From: a virus
Taxonomy: Duplodnaviria; Caudoviricetes
Length of the DNA: 64,000 bases
Virus record (IMG/VR): IMGVR_UViG_3300021960_000017
Direction: 5' to 3' (one strand)
Of the stretch, positions 18,728 through 27,596 are shown one piece after another. Position 1 is the stretch's first letter; every line of letters starts with the position of its first letter. The notes beneath the pieces are model-generated. The model saw only the letters and a program-made list of their open reading frames with translations. It did no database searches and was not told where the DNA came from. The position numbers and the translations under genes are program-made.

Positions 18728-19490
18728 CATCCTAGTTTTTACTAGCGTTGCTCATGCTGACAATATTATTAATATTGAACAAGTTACGAGCGGCAACTCT
18801 AATAATATTACTGTTAGCATGGAAGGTAGTGGCAACAAAGTAGATTACAGCTTTGGCGGCGCTGGCAATACAGTAACCATAGACCAAAAAGGCGATGATG
18901 GTTATGTTGGGTATACAACAGCCTGGGGCAGTGGAGCACAGTGGGGCGGCGACTTGGACGGCGACAATAATAACTTGAATATAAAACAATTATGTAATCA
19001 ATCTCCATGTGGTGGAGATAGATTTGAATTTCATATCGCAGGCAATAGTAATGATGTTGATTTTTACCAGGGATATAGAGCATATAGTGATGGTACACTA
19101 GATACGGTGGATGATTATGAATATGGTGGCCACTTTGTGCAGTTAGACATCCACGGTTCCAACAATAAATTTTTAGGAAGTCAACGAGCAAATAATTCAG
19201 GTCACGAACATTCAAATACAACTGGCATATATGGTAATTACAATAACGTTTTTGCTGTACAGTGGGGCAATCAAGATAAGACAATAAACTTAACAATTAA
19301 CAATAGCAATAATGATGTAGATATTGTGCAAAAAGGCAGCGCACCTCATACTGCTACCATCAATTTAAGTGGTGACTATGGAACAACTCTAGACTTACTG
19401 CAACAAAGTGATACAACACAATCTTATTCTCTGAGCCAAAACTGTCTAACAGCAGGCGGTTGTAGCGTAAGCGTTACACAGGGTAACTAA
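18690..19490 (+). CDS. second curlin-like secreted protein
   Basis: Signal peptide; repeats IEQVTSGNSN, IDQKGDD, AVQWGNQD, IVQKGS, VTQGN. Confidence 0.8.
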   Translation: MLVIRLLLLLKISILVFTSVAHADNIINIEQVTSGNSNNITVSMEGSGNKVDYSFGGAGNTVTIDQKGDDGYVGYTTAWGSGAQWGGDLDGDNNNLNIKQLCNQSPCGGDRFEFHIAGNSNDVDFYQGYRAYSDGTLDTVDDYEYGGHFVQLDIHGSNNKFLGSQRANNSGHEHSNTTGIYGNYNNVFAVQWGNQDKTINLTINNSNNDVDIVQKGSAPHTATINLSGDYGTTLDLLQQSDTTQSYSLSQNCLTAGGCSVSVTQGN

Positions 19491-19607
19491 TAAATACTAC
19501 AGTTATACAGATAGATTCAATAGCAAATCAAGAATAATAGTTTGAATCAACACAAGTAAAATACATCGATAATATTATAACGCCCTTATTTTGTAGAGGA
19601 GAGAAAA

Positions 19608-21668
19608 ATGAGGCGTCTATTATTGACTAGCGTCAGTGTGGCTGCACTGATGTCAACAACAGCCATGGCTGGAACTGCTAGCCTACAAGCATCAGGCATG
19701 GGATTGCTTGAAAACGAATGGGTTAAAGCAGGTATAAACACAACAACAGGTACACTAGGTTCAGGAAACGGCACAAGTCCAGGATTATTGTTTGATCCAA
19801 CAGGAACTGGAACATTCAACCCTAGTTACGACTATCTAACCCCAGGATCACCATTTGATGGTTTTGCTGTGAAAGTAGATGGAACAAATTACTATAATAA
19901 CAACGCTGGAAACCAAGTTAACATAACAAAGTCCGGAGATGGAACAGGAGATAATGTTATCGCCTGGGACGGCAGTGTGTCCGGTGTTTTTGATTTGACA
20001 AATAACTATGTATTGTTAGCAGGAAACCCATACATTGATATTACCACAAGTATTACAATGAGCATTGCTGCTGACAGTGTAAGTTTTGCAAAATACATTG
20101 ATCCAGACAGTCAGGGTATGCCTGGCGACAGCTCAGCAACTGACAATGTGTTAGGTTATGGAGTTATTCCAAGTACTAATGTTGCGTTCTCAGAAGCAAC
20201 TGTAAGTCGTTACGCATTAGGTATCTATACAACAGATACAAACGTAACCGCAGGTGTAGAAAACTGGACACAAGAAGCTGATGGCTATAGTGGCACAAAC
20301 TATACAGACGCAGATGGTAATGCTTTAACCTACGGCACTAGTGACGACACCATTGGTATTAGTTGGACATGGACAGGCGTTAGTGCAGGTGACGTTTTAA
20401 CAGCAAGTTATGCTTACATCTTTGGTCCAAGTGCATTTGATGCAGCAGATGATGCTGTATCAGGCGGAGCAGGTGGTGGCGACACTACTGTTACAGATGG
20501 TTGGGGTACAGTTACAGACGTTGGTTCAGCAACTGATGCGGCAGAAAGTGGCGCAACAGGCGGTGATTCATCACCAACAGTTGTTAGCACAAGTACAGAA
20601 ACAATTACAAGCACAAGTGAAGCAACAAGTACTACACTTCCTGTTCTTACAGCAAGTTTAACACATCATGAAGCAAGTATTGCGGGTGGTGTACAAACAG
20701 TTGACAGAGAAAAAACTACAACTGTAACTACACCTGTAAATGTTACAACTACAAGTTTTGTACGAACAACAACAACATATAGTGATGGTAGTACAACTAC
20801 TTCAGATGGCGAAGCCACAAGTACAGTAGTAGTACGCAACGATGTTGTTTCAAGTTTAGAAATACTTCCTGACTTATCAGGACGTATTGATCAACAGCAA
20901 AAAATGGATGCAATTGGTGAAAGTATTAACCGTGGCATGCATGTAGATCCGTTTAAAGCAGGTGGTGCTAAAACTGAATGGGGTCAAATGTGGGCAATAG
21001 GCGGTTATGGCAAAACCAAATTGGATAACAGTTACGAAGCAGATACACAAAGTTTTGGCTTACAAATTGAATTCCAACCAATGGCAGAGTGGCGTATTAG
21101 TTTAGGTGTGGCAAAATCACACACTGATCTTTCTGGTACAGGTAGCTCAAGTGACTTGGATAAAATAAATGTTAACATTGGTAGCATTTATGATTTAGGT
21201 AGCATAATACTTGTTACAGATGCTGGTATTGCTAAAAATGAATATACAAATTCAAGAGACATTGATGTTTATTCAAATGCTAGCCAATCAGAAGGTACTG
21301 ACATGATACTTAAACAGCGTGTATACTACAAGTTGAGTGACAGCATTACTCCATTTGTTGGTGGTGCCGTTACAAGAACATCTAGAGATGCTTATGCAGA
21401 ATCTGGTTGGGTAGTAACTGCAAGAGAAGTTGGCAAGGTAGAAGAAACTACAGAATACGGTGAAGCAGGCGTTCGTTTACAACATAGCGTTGCAGGCTTT
21501 GATGTATTTGGACAGGGTAGTATTACTACAGACGAATATATGACTGCAAGTGCAGGCATTAGTTACGAAATTACAGAAAATGCTAGTGTAAGCATTACTG
21601 CTAATGGTAGCAAACAGGATGATATGAAATCCGTATCGGGTAACTTATCAGCAAACATTAAGTTTTAA
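19608..21668 (+). CDS. autotransporter-like outer-membrane protein
   Basis: Signal peptide, G/T/D-rich passenger, Thr-rich linker, ~250 aa beta-barrel ending ANIKF. Confidence 0.8.
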   Translation: MRRLLLTSVSVAALMSTTAMAGTASLQASGMGLLENEWVKAGINTTTGTLGSGNGTSPGLLFDPTGTGTFNPSYDYLTPGSPFDGFAVKVDGTNYYNNNAGNQVNITKSGDGTGDNVIAWDGSVSGVFDLTNNYVLLAGNPYIDITTSITMSIAADSVSFAKYIDPDSQGMPGDSSATDNVLGYGVIPSTNVAFSEATVSRYALGIYTTDTNVTAGVENWTQEADGYSGTNYTDADGNALTYGTSDDTIGISWTWTGVSAGDVLTASYAYIFGPSAFDAADDAVSGGAGGGDTTVTDGWGTVTDVGSATDAAESGATGGDSSPTVVSTSTETITSTSEATSTTLPVLTASLTHHEASIAGGVQTVDREKTTTVTTPVNVTTTSFVRTTTTYSDGSTTTSDGEATSTVVVRNDVVSSLEILPDLSGRIDQQQKMDAIGESINRGMHVDPFKAGGAKTEWGQMWAIGGYGKTKLDNSYEADTQSFGLQIEFQPMAEWRISLGVAKSHTDLSGTGSSSDLDKINVNIGSIYDLGSIILVTDAGIAKNEYTNSRDIDVYSNASQSEGTDMILKQRVYYKLSDSITPFVGGAVTRTSRDAYAESGWVVTAREVGKVEETTEYGEAGVRLQHSVAGFDVFGQGSITTDEYMTASAGISYEITENASVSITANGSKQDDMKSVSGNLSANIKF

Positions 21669-21674
21669 TGTACT

Positions 21675-21697
21675 GGGGGGCGTTAAGCCCCCCTTTT
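21675..21697 (+). terminator. intrinsic terminator
   Basis: GGGGGGC-GTTAA-GCCCCCC-TTTT. Confidence 0.85.
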
Positions 21698-21699
21698 AC

Positions 21700-21705
21700 T
21701 AAATA
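21700..21705 (+). promoter_or_regulatory. late promoter of the cyclase gene
   Basis: TAAATA 8 nt before ATG 21714. Confidence 0.55.
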
Positions 21706-21713
21706 GAGTTGCA

Positions 21714-23771
21714 ATGGGAAAACTTTTAACCAGCACTTGGATGGCTGTTGTAACTCTATTAATATTAGTCACCCTGCGTGTTTGGGACCCAGCTCCTGTA
21801 GAAACACTGCGACTAAAAGGCTTTGATTACTTACAAAGCCAAGAGCAAAAACAGCAAAGCAAAGACATTGTACTCTTAGACATAGGTGAACCTAGTCTGG
21901 ATGCGTTTGGTCAGTGGCCCTGGCCACGTGATTACTTTGCAAGCATAATGATGAAGTTGCGTGAAAATGGCGCACAACTTATAACATTTGTAGTGTTTTT
22001 CCCAGAAGCAGATCGTATGCAACAGGATCCTGCATTTGCAGATATACTGTCACAGGATCCCTATACAATACTAGCACAAACAGCAACTAACCGTGCGCTT
22101 AAAACACACGGCAAACACATTGCAGCAAACTGGATAGGTGATGATCCCACACCCTGGTTATACAACTGGCCCGGACTTGTTAAGAACATTGACCTATTAG
22201 AAAATGCTGCTAAAGGTGTTGGCATGGTTGCAGTAGCACCTGAAGTGGATAATCTTGTTAGACGACTACCCTTGGTGGTAAGGATTGCGGATCAAATATA
22301 TCCTAACCTTGCTATAGAGTTTATTCGTGTAGCAACCGGTGATCCTGGTTATCAGATTAAAACAGGTGAAAGTGGTATTCAGGCCGTAAGAGTGCCTGGA
22401 TATAATGTTGTTAAAACTGATCCTCATAGTAGAATGTGGATTGACTTTAACAAAACCTATGACAGAATTGAAGTGTCGGAGGAAGACTGGAGCAGGGTAA
22501 ATGGCAAGCATGTGTTCATTGGAACTACAGCAGCCGGACTTGCCAACTTCATTAGTACGCCAACGGGCCTTGTATATCCACATGAAATACAAGCGAGCCT
22601 GGTTCAAACAATCCTAGATGGAACCTTTATACAACGACAAGACTTTATGAACACACTGGAAGCAATAGCGTTTGCAGTGTTTGGCATAATACTCTTGTTG
22701 GTTGTTCCCCGTACAAGCGTCTTGCTCACAGTACCAGTATTGCTGTTATACCTGGGCGGCGTAGGGGGTTACAGTTATTATGAGTGGACAGATAGTAAAA
22801 ATCTTGTGGACGCAACCTTCCCAATGGCAGCGGGCTTTTTACTATTTGCTCATCTCATATACAATAACTTTGCAAGAGAATTCCGTCAGAAGATGGAAAT
22901 TAAAAAACAGTTTGCAGGTTATTGCTCACCCGAAGTTGTTAAAATACTTCAAACAAATCCGGACTTGATCAAGAAGGGTGTTAAAAAAGATGTTAGCGTT
23001 ATGTTTAGTGATTTGCGTGGATTTACTCCCATTGGCGAACATTATGGTGACGATGTACAAGGCTTAGGAGAATATATGAATGGGTATATGGACTCAATTA
23101 CCCGACCAATTCTGGAAAAAAATGGTATGGTTATTAAGTATGTTGGGGATGCTAGCATGCATATCCATGGCGCTCCTATCGACGATCCTAATCATGCTCA
23201 TACTTGTGTGGATGTTGGATTAAAGATGATAGATGCTGTACAAAAATACAGCGCAGAAAAGGTAGCACAAGGATTACCCAAAGCAGAGATGGGCTTTGGT
23301 ATTAACACTGGTGATGGCTTTATTGGCGAGATGGGATCAACTGCCAGACACAGTTATGACATTTTAGGCGATATGGTTAGCACCGCAGCACGTCTAGAAG
23401 CACGTTGTAAGGCATATGGTGTACTGTGTATTATTGGTGCAGAAACATACAAACGCACCAGTGACGACTTCTTTTACTTGTTCTTAGATAACCTACAGCC
23501 CAAAGGCAAAAGCACTCCAGACTTTATCTATACAGCTCTAGGTGGCGACAGTAGTGGTTGGACCAAACACAAGTCAGATCATATTGAAATGCACAAACTT
23601 TACAAAGCACAAAAGTTTGATGAAGCCATTGCGATGTGTAAAACGATGTATGGTAACTTTGATGGTAAGATGGACAAGTATTATGACATCTGGATAGAGC
23701 GTTGCGAACTAATGAAGACACAGGACTTGCCCAAGGATTGGAACGGCGCATTTGTTGCTACGGAGAAATAA
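21714..23771 (+). CDS. CHASE2-domain class III adenylate/guanylate cyclase
   Basis: GQWPWPR CHASE2 motif, three TMs, VMFSDLRGFT, KYVGDA, GFGINTG, YDILGDMVSTAARLE. Confidence 0.93.
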   Translation: MGKLLTSTWMAVVTLLILVTLRVWDPAPVETLRLKGFDYLQSQEQKQQSKDIVLLDIGEPSLDAFGQWPWPRDYFASIMMKLRENGAQLITFVVFFPEADRMQQDPAFADILSQDPYTILAQTATNRALKTHGKHIAANWIGDDPTPWLYNWPGLVKNIDLLENAAKGVGMVAVAPEVDNLVRRLPLVVRIADQIYPNLAIEFIRVATGDPGYQIKTGESGIQAVRVPGYNVVKTDPHSRMWIDFNKTYDRIEVSEEDWSRVNGKHVFIGTTAAGLANFISTPTGLVYPHEIQASLVQTILDGTFIQRQDFMNTLEAIAFAVFGIILLLVVPRTSVLLTVPVLLLYLGGVGGYSYYEWTDSKNLVDATFPMAAGFLLFAHLIYNNFAREFRQKMEIKKQFAGYCSPEVVKILQTNPDLIKKGVKKDVSVMFSDLRGFTPIGEHYGDDVQGLGEYMNGYMDSITRPILEKNGMVIKYVGDASMHIHGAPIDDPNHAHTCVDVGLKMIDAVQKYSAEKVAQGLPKAEMGFGINTGDGFIGEMGSTARHSYDILGDMVSTAARLEARCKAYGVLCIIGAETYKRTSDDFFYLFLDNLQPKGKSTPDFIYTALGGDSSGWTKHKSDHIEMHKLYKAQKFDEAIAMCKTMYGNFDGKMDKYYDIWIERCELMKTQDLPKDWNGAFVATEK

Positions 23772-24249
23772 TCCTAATAACTTTCTTATGCCAAACATAT
23801 TCAGGCCAGGGCACTATATTTGTATATTCAATCTGTGTTATATACCATGGTTTTACTAAGTTAAATCTATTATCCAATAGCAAATCGTTTACTCTGACTA
23901 TGGCATGATACATATTGTCTTTTGGACTAAAAACAGTATATAGTCTAGGTTTGTAGCCTTGCTCGTCAAGTAATGTATAGATTGTTACAGCAAAATCATC
24001 ACAATCACCATAAAACCTTCTGTTCTTTTTCACTCTATAACTATAGTCTATCCATAAATCTTCGCCAGGACGGTCACTTACATAACTAAAGTTTTTGTAA
24101 ACACGATCGAATATGTTATAAATTTCAACAGACCTGTCTTGCTGGCGTATAGCCTGATCTAGTATGCTGTTTATATTTTGAGCATAAACACCACTAGAAA
24201 TTAGCAGAGCAACAACTAGAGTGCTACACCAAACATATAGCCTAGCCAT
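23758..24249 (-). CDS. transglutaminase-like cysteine protease (BTLCP/LapG-like)
   Basis: Signal peptide; GDCDDFA (Cys), YHAIV (His), LLDN (Asp). Confidence 0.8.
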   Translation of the reverse strand: MARLYVWCSTLVVALLISSGVYAQNINSILDQAIRQQDRSVEIYNIFDRVYKNFSYVSDRPGEDLWIDYSYRVKKNRRFYGDCDDFAVTIYTLLDEQGYKPRLYTVFSPKDNMYHAIVRVNDLLLDNRFNLVKPWYITQIEYTNIVPWPEYVWHKKVIRIISP

Positions 24250-24351
24250 AAACCTAATGTGAATCCAGCCGCTAATGCAACAACCAGATCACTGCCTTTG
24301 TACTGATAGGGAAACTGTTCTTTCATTAGTTCCCGCATTCTTATTTCAGAG

Positions 24352-24663
24352 TCAGGTAACTTTTTTGTTTGACTTAGAAACTTCATCGACCTCTTCCTCC
24401 TTTACAGATATAAGTTTGTCCTCGCTTAATCTGTGCTTTTCTTGATACTCTAAAATCATGTTTAGTTTTTGATTTAAGCGTATAAGGTCATTGTCTAACA
24501 TTCTTATACGATCAATAAGTGCAATTAGCGTAGTGTTTGCTTCGCCAATTACAGGCTTTACTGTTTTGGTGCTCCATTGCCAAACGTAAAATACAAAGTA
24601 ACCTAATCCTACTGCCGCTACAATAGGAAATCCAAAATCTTTAATTAGTTGTGCTATGTCCAT
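24352..24663 (-). CDS. small single-TM protein with coiled coil (YvrJ/holin-like)
   Basis: FGFPIVAAVGLGYFVFYVW; IRMLDNDLIRL. Confidence 0.7.
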   Translation of the reverse strand: MDIAQLIKDFGFPIVAAVGLGYFVFYVWQWSTKTVKPVIGEANTTLIALIDRIRMLDNDLIRLNQKLNMILEYQEKHRLSEDKLISVKEEEVDEVSKSNKKVT

Positions 24664-24865
24664 CCCACTGTCCTTTAATAAACCATTTTGTTAATTTGTC
24701 CATCTTAACAAGTTTGCCGGTTTCGTTGACTACAAAAATGTCGCCAACTTCAAATAACTTTTTATCCAGTAATTCAGTAGGCCAGTTTGTATCAGGCACT
24801 ACAGTTAAATCACCATTTGGATCCTGTTGTATAGTGTAATCTATCCATGATTTAAGACCACTCAT
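24641..24865 (-). CDS. hypothetical protein
   Basis: 74 aa ORF coupled to both neighbours. Confidence 0.65.
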   Translation of the reverse strand: MSGLKSWIDYTIQQDPNGDLTVVPDTNWPTELLDKKLFEVGDIFVVNETGKLVKMDKLTKWFIKGQWDGHSTTN

Positions 24866-25143
24866 TAATCTCTCCTTGCATCTTTTTTGCCATCTGCTCT
24901 GGCAATACGGTCCATATCAGGACGCACTCCGAAAGCATTGCTCATCAAAGTGTCGATGCGTATGACATCATGGTTCATAGTTTGCACACGGTTGTCCAGT
25001 GCAGTAATGATACCTTTCATACCATTAATGCTACCTTCAACTGAGTTCAAAATAAATTTTACTGATAAAAAAACAAAATAGCCCGCTGCACATGCCGCGG
25101 CGATGGGGAAGCCCACCTCGGCTATCAGACCAAAGATCTCCAT
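24865..25143 (-). CDS. small single-TM protein, paralog of 24352-24663
   Basis: VGFPIAAACAAGYFVF; RVQTMNHDVIRI. Confidence 0.7.
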   Translation of the reverse strand: MEIFGLIAEVGFPIAAACAAGYFVFLSVKFILNSVEGSINGMKGIITALDNRVQTMNHDVIRIDTLMSNAFGVRPDMDRIARADGKKDARRD

Positions 25144-25200
25144 CTTTGCACTCCTCGATTCACATCCTAGGATGTATACTTACTCTCCAGAAGTATTTAG

Positions 25201-25554
25201 TTAAAGGAGTACTATTATAGAATAATATGTGATGTAGTGACAAAGTTGATCAATGCTAGTAAGCCATAGCCAAACTTTTCCATACTTTACATACGGGCTT
25301 CGTTTTACTAGTGTGCTTTTAACGAAGTCAATGTGCCAGTGCGCCAACCAGTCTATTATACCAGCGAGTAAGGCAGTAACAGGGCCAACAAACATAAGTG
25401 CTACGAAAAAGGTAGCAATGCCATGCAACCCGTAATGATACTGGGCAAGTTTACTATAATAGTTTGCTTTGTTTAGGGGGCCTTGCATACCTTGTATGCC
25501 AATGTCCACTATAGCATGCTTGACTAGCAATGCTAAGAAAAAGGTTAATTCCAT
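25201..25554 (-). CDS. DUF3307-like membrane protein
   Basis: KHAIVD..Q, HGLHG, HWHIDFVK, IDQLCH histidine motifs. Confidence 0.75.
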   Translation of the reverse strand: MELTFFLALLVKHAIVDIGIQGMQGPLNKANYYSKLAQYHYGLHGIATFFVALMFVGPVTALLAGIIDWLAHWHIDFVKSTLVKRSPYVKYGKVWLWLTSIDQLCHYITYYSIIVLL

Positions 25555-25594
25555 AGAATTATTTATAGACTAAATATTATAAACAAGTTAATAT

Positions 25595-25954
25595 ATGAAT
25601 ATGCAAATAATACTCGGAAAAGAAATCGCAGATCAAGTTGGCGACAAATATATTGTCCTTGAACTTGACACATTCAAACACGACAGTGAACTTAAAACTG
25701 CCTATGCAGTACTTGATGCTGGTGCTATTCCTCTTGGGGAAATGCAAGAGATACCTAAATGGGTAGAGCATCATAATAAGATTATAGAAAACTACCGTAA
25801 ACAAAACTGGAGTTTTTGTGAGCAAATGATTGAACACTGCCAGAACCGCTGGGGTGGCGAATTGAATAGTTTTTACACAGATCTCTATGTTAGAATACAA
25901 GACTTAAAAAATAAAGAGTTATCAGATTCCTGGGATGGAACACTACAAAGATAG
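25595..25954 (+). CDS. standalone homolog of the cyclase C-terminal region
   Basis: Aligns by eye to the last ~115 aa of 21714-23771. Confidence 0.7.
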   Translation: MNMQIILGKEIADQVGDKYIVLELDTFKHDSELKTAYAVLDAGAIPLGEMQEIPKWVEHHNKIIENYRKQNWSFCEQMIEHCQNRWGGELNSFYTDLYVRIQDLKNKELSDSWDGTLQR

Positions 25955-25982
25955 TTGACATTATAACAGTATCGTGTATAAT
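25955..25982 (+). promoter_or_regulatory. sigma70-like promoter
   Basis: TTGACA-N16-TATAAT. Confidence 0.7.
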
Positions 25983-26007
25983 GATAATAGTTGCTGAGGG
26001 ATAAACA

Positions 26008-26199
26008 ATGGCAGACAAAAAGTTTAATAAAATTTCAGATCTTATGGATCGTCATTATTTTGATCCTAAGGAAACTGGACCACGAAAGCGTACAGAGTAT
26101 CGTGGACAATTAAGAGAACAGGCTCGCATTGCGTATAGGATTGCTAAAAAGTCCCTTAGAGACATTCAACGAGCAGAAACTGGAAAAGATCCTGAATAG
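26008..26199 (+). CDS. hypothetical basic protein
   Basis: 63 aa ORF with GAGG RBS. Confidence 0.65.
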   Translation: MADKKFNKISDLMDRHYFDPKETGPRKRTEYRGQLREQARIAYRIAKKSLRDIQRAETGKDPE

Positions 26200-26210
26200 G
26201 ATTATTTCTT

Positions 26211-26280
26211 AAGGTAAACCTGCGGAGCAAGACAACACCTAGCGGTTGTCAGATACAGGGCGAAGGCGGGGGCCACTGTA
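26211..26280 (+). ncRNA. candidate structured RNA (copy 2 of the GGCGGGGGC-loop motif)
   Basis: Hairpins GACAAC/GTTGTC and TACAG..GCGAAGGCGGGGGC..CTGTA. Confidence 0.35.
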
Positions 26281-26299
26281 ATCAACTATAAATAGGCAC

Positions 26300-26572
26300 A
26301 TGATAGTAATTGCACCCTATCCCAAGGGATTTAAACTAGAGCAGACTGCACTAAGTTATTATTACTACAACACAGGTAGTAATATACCAGCCATCGTTCA
26401 AAGAAAACACAAACTTGCCTATACACATTATAGTAATGTTAAGCGTTGGTGTAAGGACAATCTTAGTGGGCCATTTGAGATAACCCTAGATGATATACTA
26501 CATGACGGCGTGCGTGTTAGATTAAGTACTAGTGATGATTTAGCATTTTTTCAACTAAGATGGTTAGTTTAA
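26300..26572 (+). CDS. hypothetical protein (late)
   Basis: 90 aa ORF after TATAAATA. Confidence 0.65.
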   Translation: MIVIAPYPKGFKLEQTALSYYYYNTGSNIPAIVQRKHKLAYTHYSNVKRWCKDNLSGPFEITLDDILHDGVRVRLSTSDDLAFFQLRWLV

Positions 26573-26576
26573 TTTT

Positions 26577-27464
26577 ATGAAAAAGAATTTTTATCTATTA
26601 TATCCGCCAGGGTATATGGGAACTTATTTAAATTGGATTATTCAAGTAAGTGATAAACAAGGCAATGCTGTACTAAATCCAGTAACAGAAAATGCTAATG
26701 CCCATAATCATATAAAGCGACCAACACATCAAGTTATTCTTAAACATGGCATTTGGCGCTTATTAAATAAACCTCAAGAAAAGTTGGTTCATTGTGTTCA
26801 TACAACTAGTACAGCAGAAGACTATACTGCAAGGTCAGCTTGGGCAGCATACTTTATTTTGCTAAGTGACCCAGATCCTGTTATTATTAATATTCATGAT
26901 AATAATGATGATGATATTTATAAATTTGGTGCACTTAACACATATACTAAATGGAAACCTTTTCTGAAAACCAGAGAAGTATGGTTGCCTGAACTTTTTT
27001 CAAAAGCTCTTGCAGGTGACACGCCGCCCGAATTTTTAGCAGAGAATTGGAAAAAAATTTTCCAAAACAATAGTCCCTTAAATATGGAAGAGGTATATTT
27101 TAATTTGGATAAGCAACGTGCCTGGTTGGATATTCGTATACAAGAAAGTCCAGATGAGGTATTTGAGAACGAATATAACATCAGTAGAGATATCAAACCA
27201 AATACAATCTTTGACATAAACATGACTGACATAATGAAAGCAAATTTTATTGATAAGTTTGCTGAAATTTTGGCACTAACTGATAGCGCAGAATATGATT
27301 TTACTTATGCTAAAGAGTATCATCAAACTTATGTTAAAGCACAAAATAATTTTTTATTATTTGATGCAATTAAGAAATTTAGAGAAGATGGTGTTCGCGT
27401 CGATTGGTGGGACACTAATCCTTTAACAAAATCTTTTTTTATTTTAGAAACAATGAATGGTTGA
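26577..27464 (+). CDS. hypothetical protein, possible sulfotransferase-like fold
   Basis: N-terminal LYPPGYMGTYLNW loop; fold assignment is tentative. Confidence 0.5.
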   Translation: MKKNFYLLYPPGYMGTYLNWIIQVSDKQGNAVLNPVTENANAHNHIKRPTHQVILKHGIWRLLNKPQEKLVHCVHTTSTAEDYTARSAWAAYFILLSDPDPVIINIHDNNDDDIYKFGALNTYTKWKPFLKTREVWLPELFSKALAGDTPPEFLAENWKKIFQNNSPLNMEEVYFNLDKQRAWLDIRIQESPDEVFENEYNISRDIKPNTIFDINMTDIMKANFIDKFAEILALTDSAEYDFTYAKEYHQTYVKAQNNFLLFDAIKKFREDGVRVDWWDTNPLTKSFFILETMNG

Positions 27465-27488
27465 CATAAACTCAGACTCGTTTATAAT
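27461..27488 (+). promoter_or_regulatory. sigma70-like promoter for tRNA-Arg and downstream genes
   Basis: TTGACA-N16-TATAAT. Confidence 0.7.
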
Positions 27489-27506
27489 AATAATTATAGA
27501 ACATAA

Positions 27507-27582
27507 GATTCCGTAGCTCAGAGGATAGAGCATCCGCCTTCTAAGCGGATGGTCGCAGGTTCGAATCCTGCCGGGATCGCCA
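27507..27582 (+). tRNA. tRNA-Arg(TCT)
   Basis: GATTCCG/CGGGATC acceptor, TCCGC-CT TCT AA-GCGGA, GGTTCGAATCC, CCA. Confidence 0.97.
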
Positions 27583-27596
27583 TTTGGAGTAACTCG

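Noticed and set aside
27549-27596. N-terminal extension of the 27549-27974 ORF
   Set aside because: It overlaps tRNA-Arg; the real start is ATG 27597 (or 27603) after TGGAG
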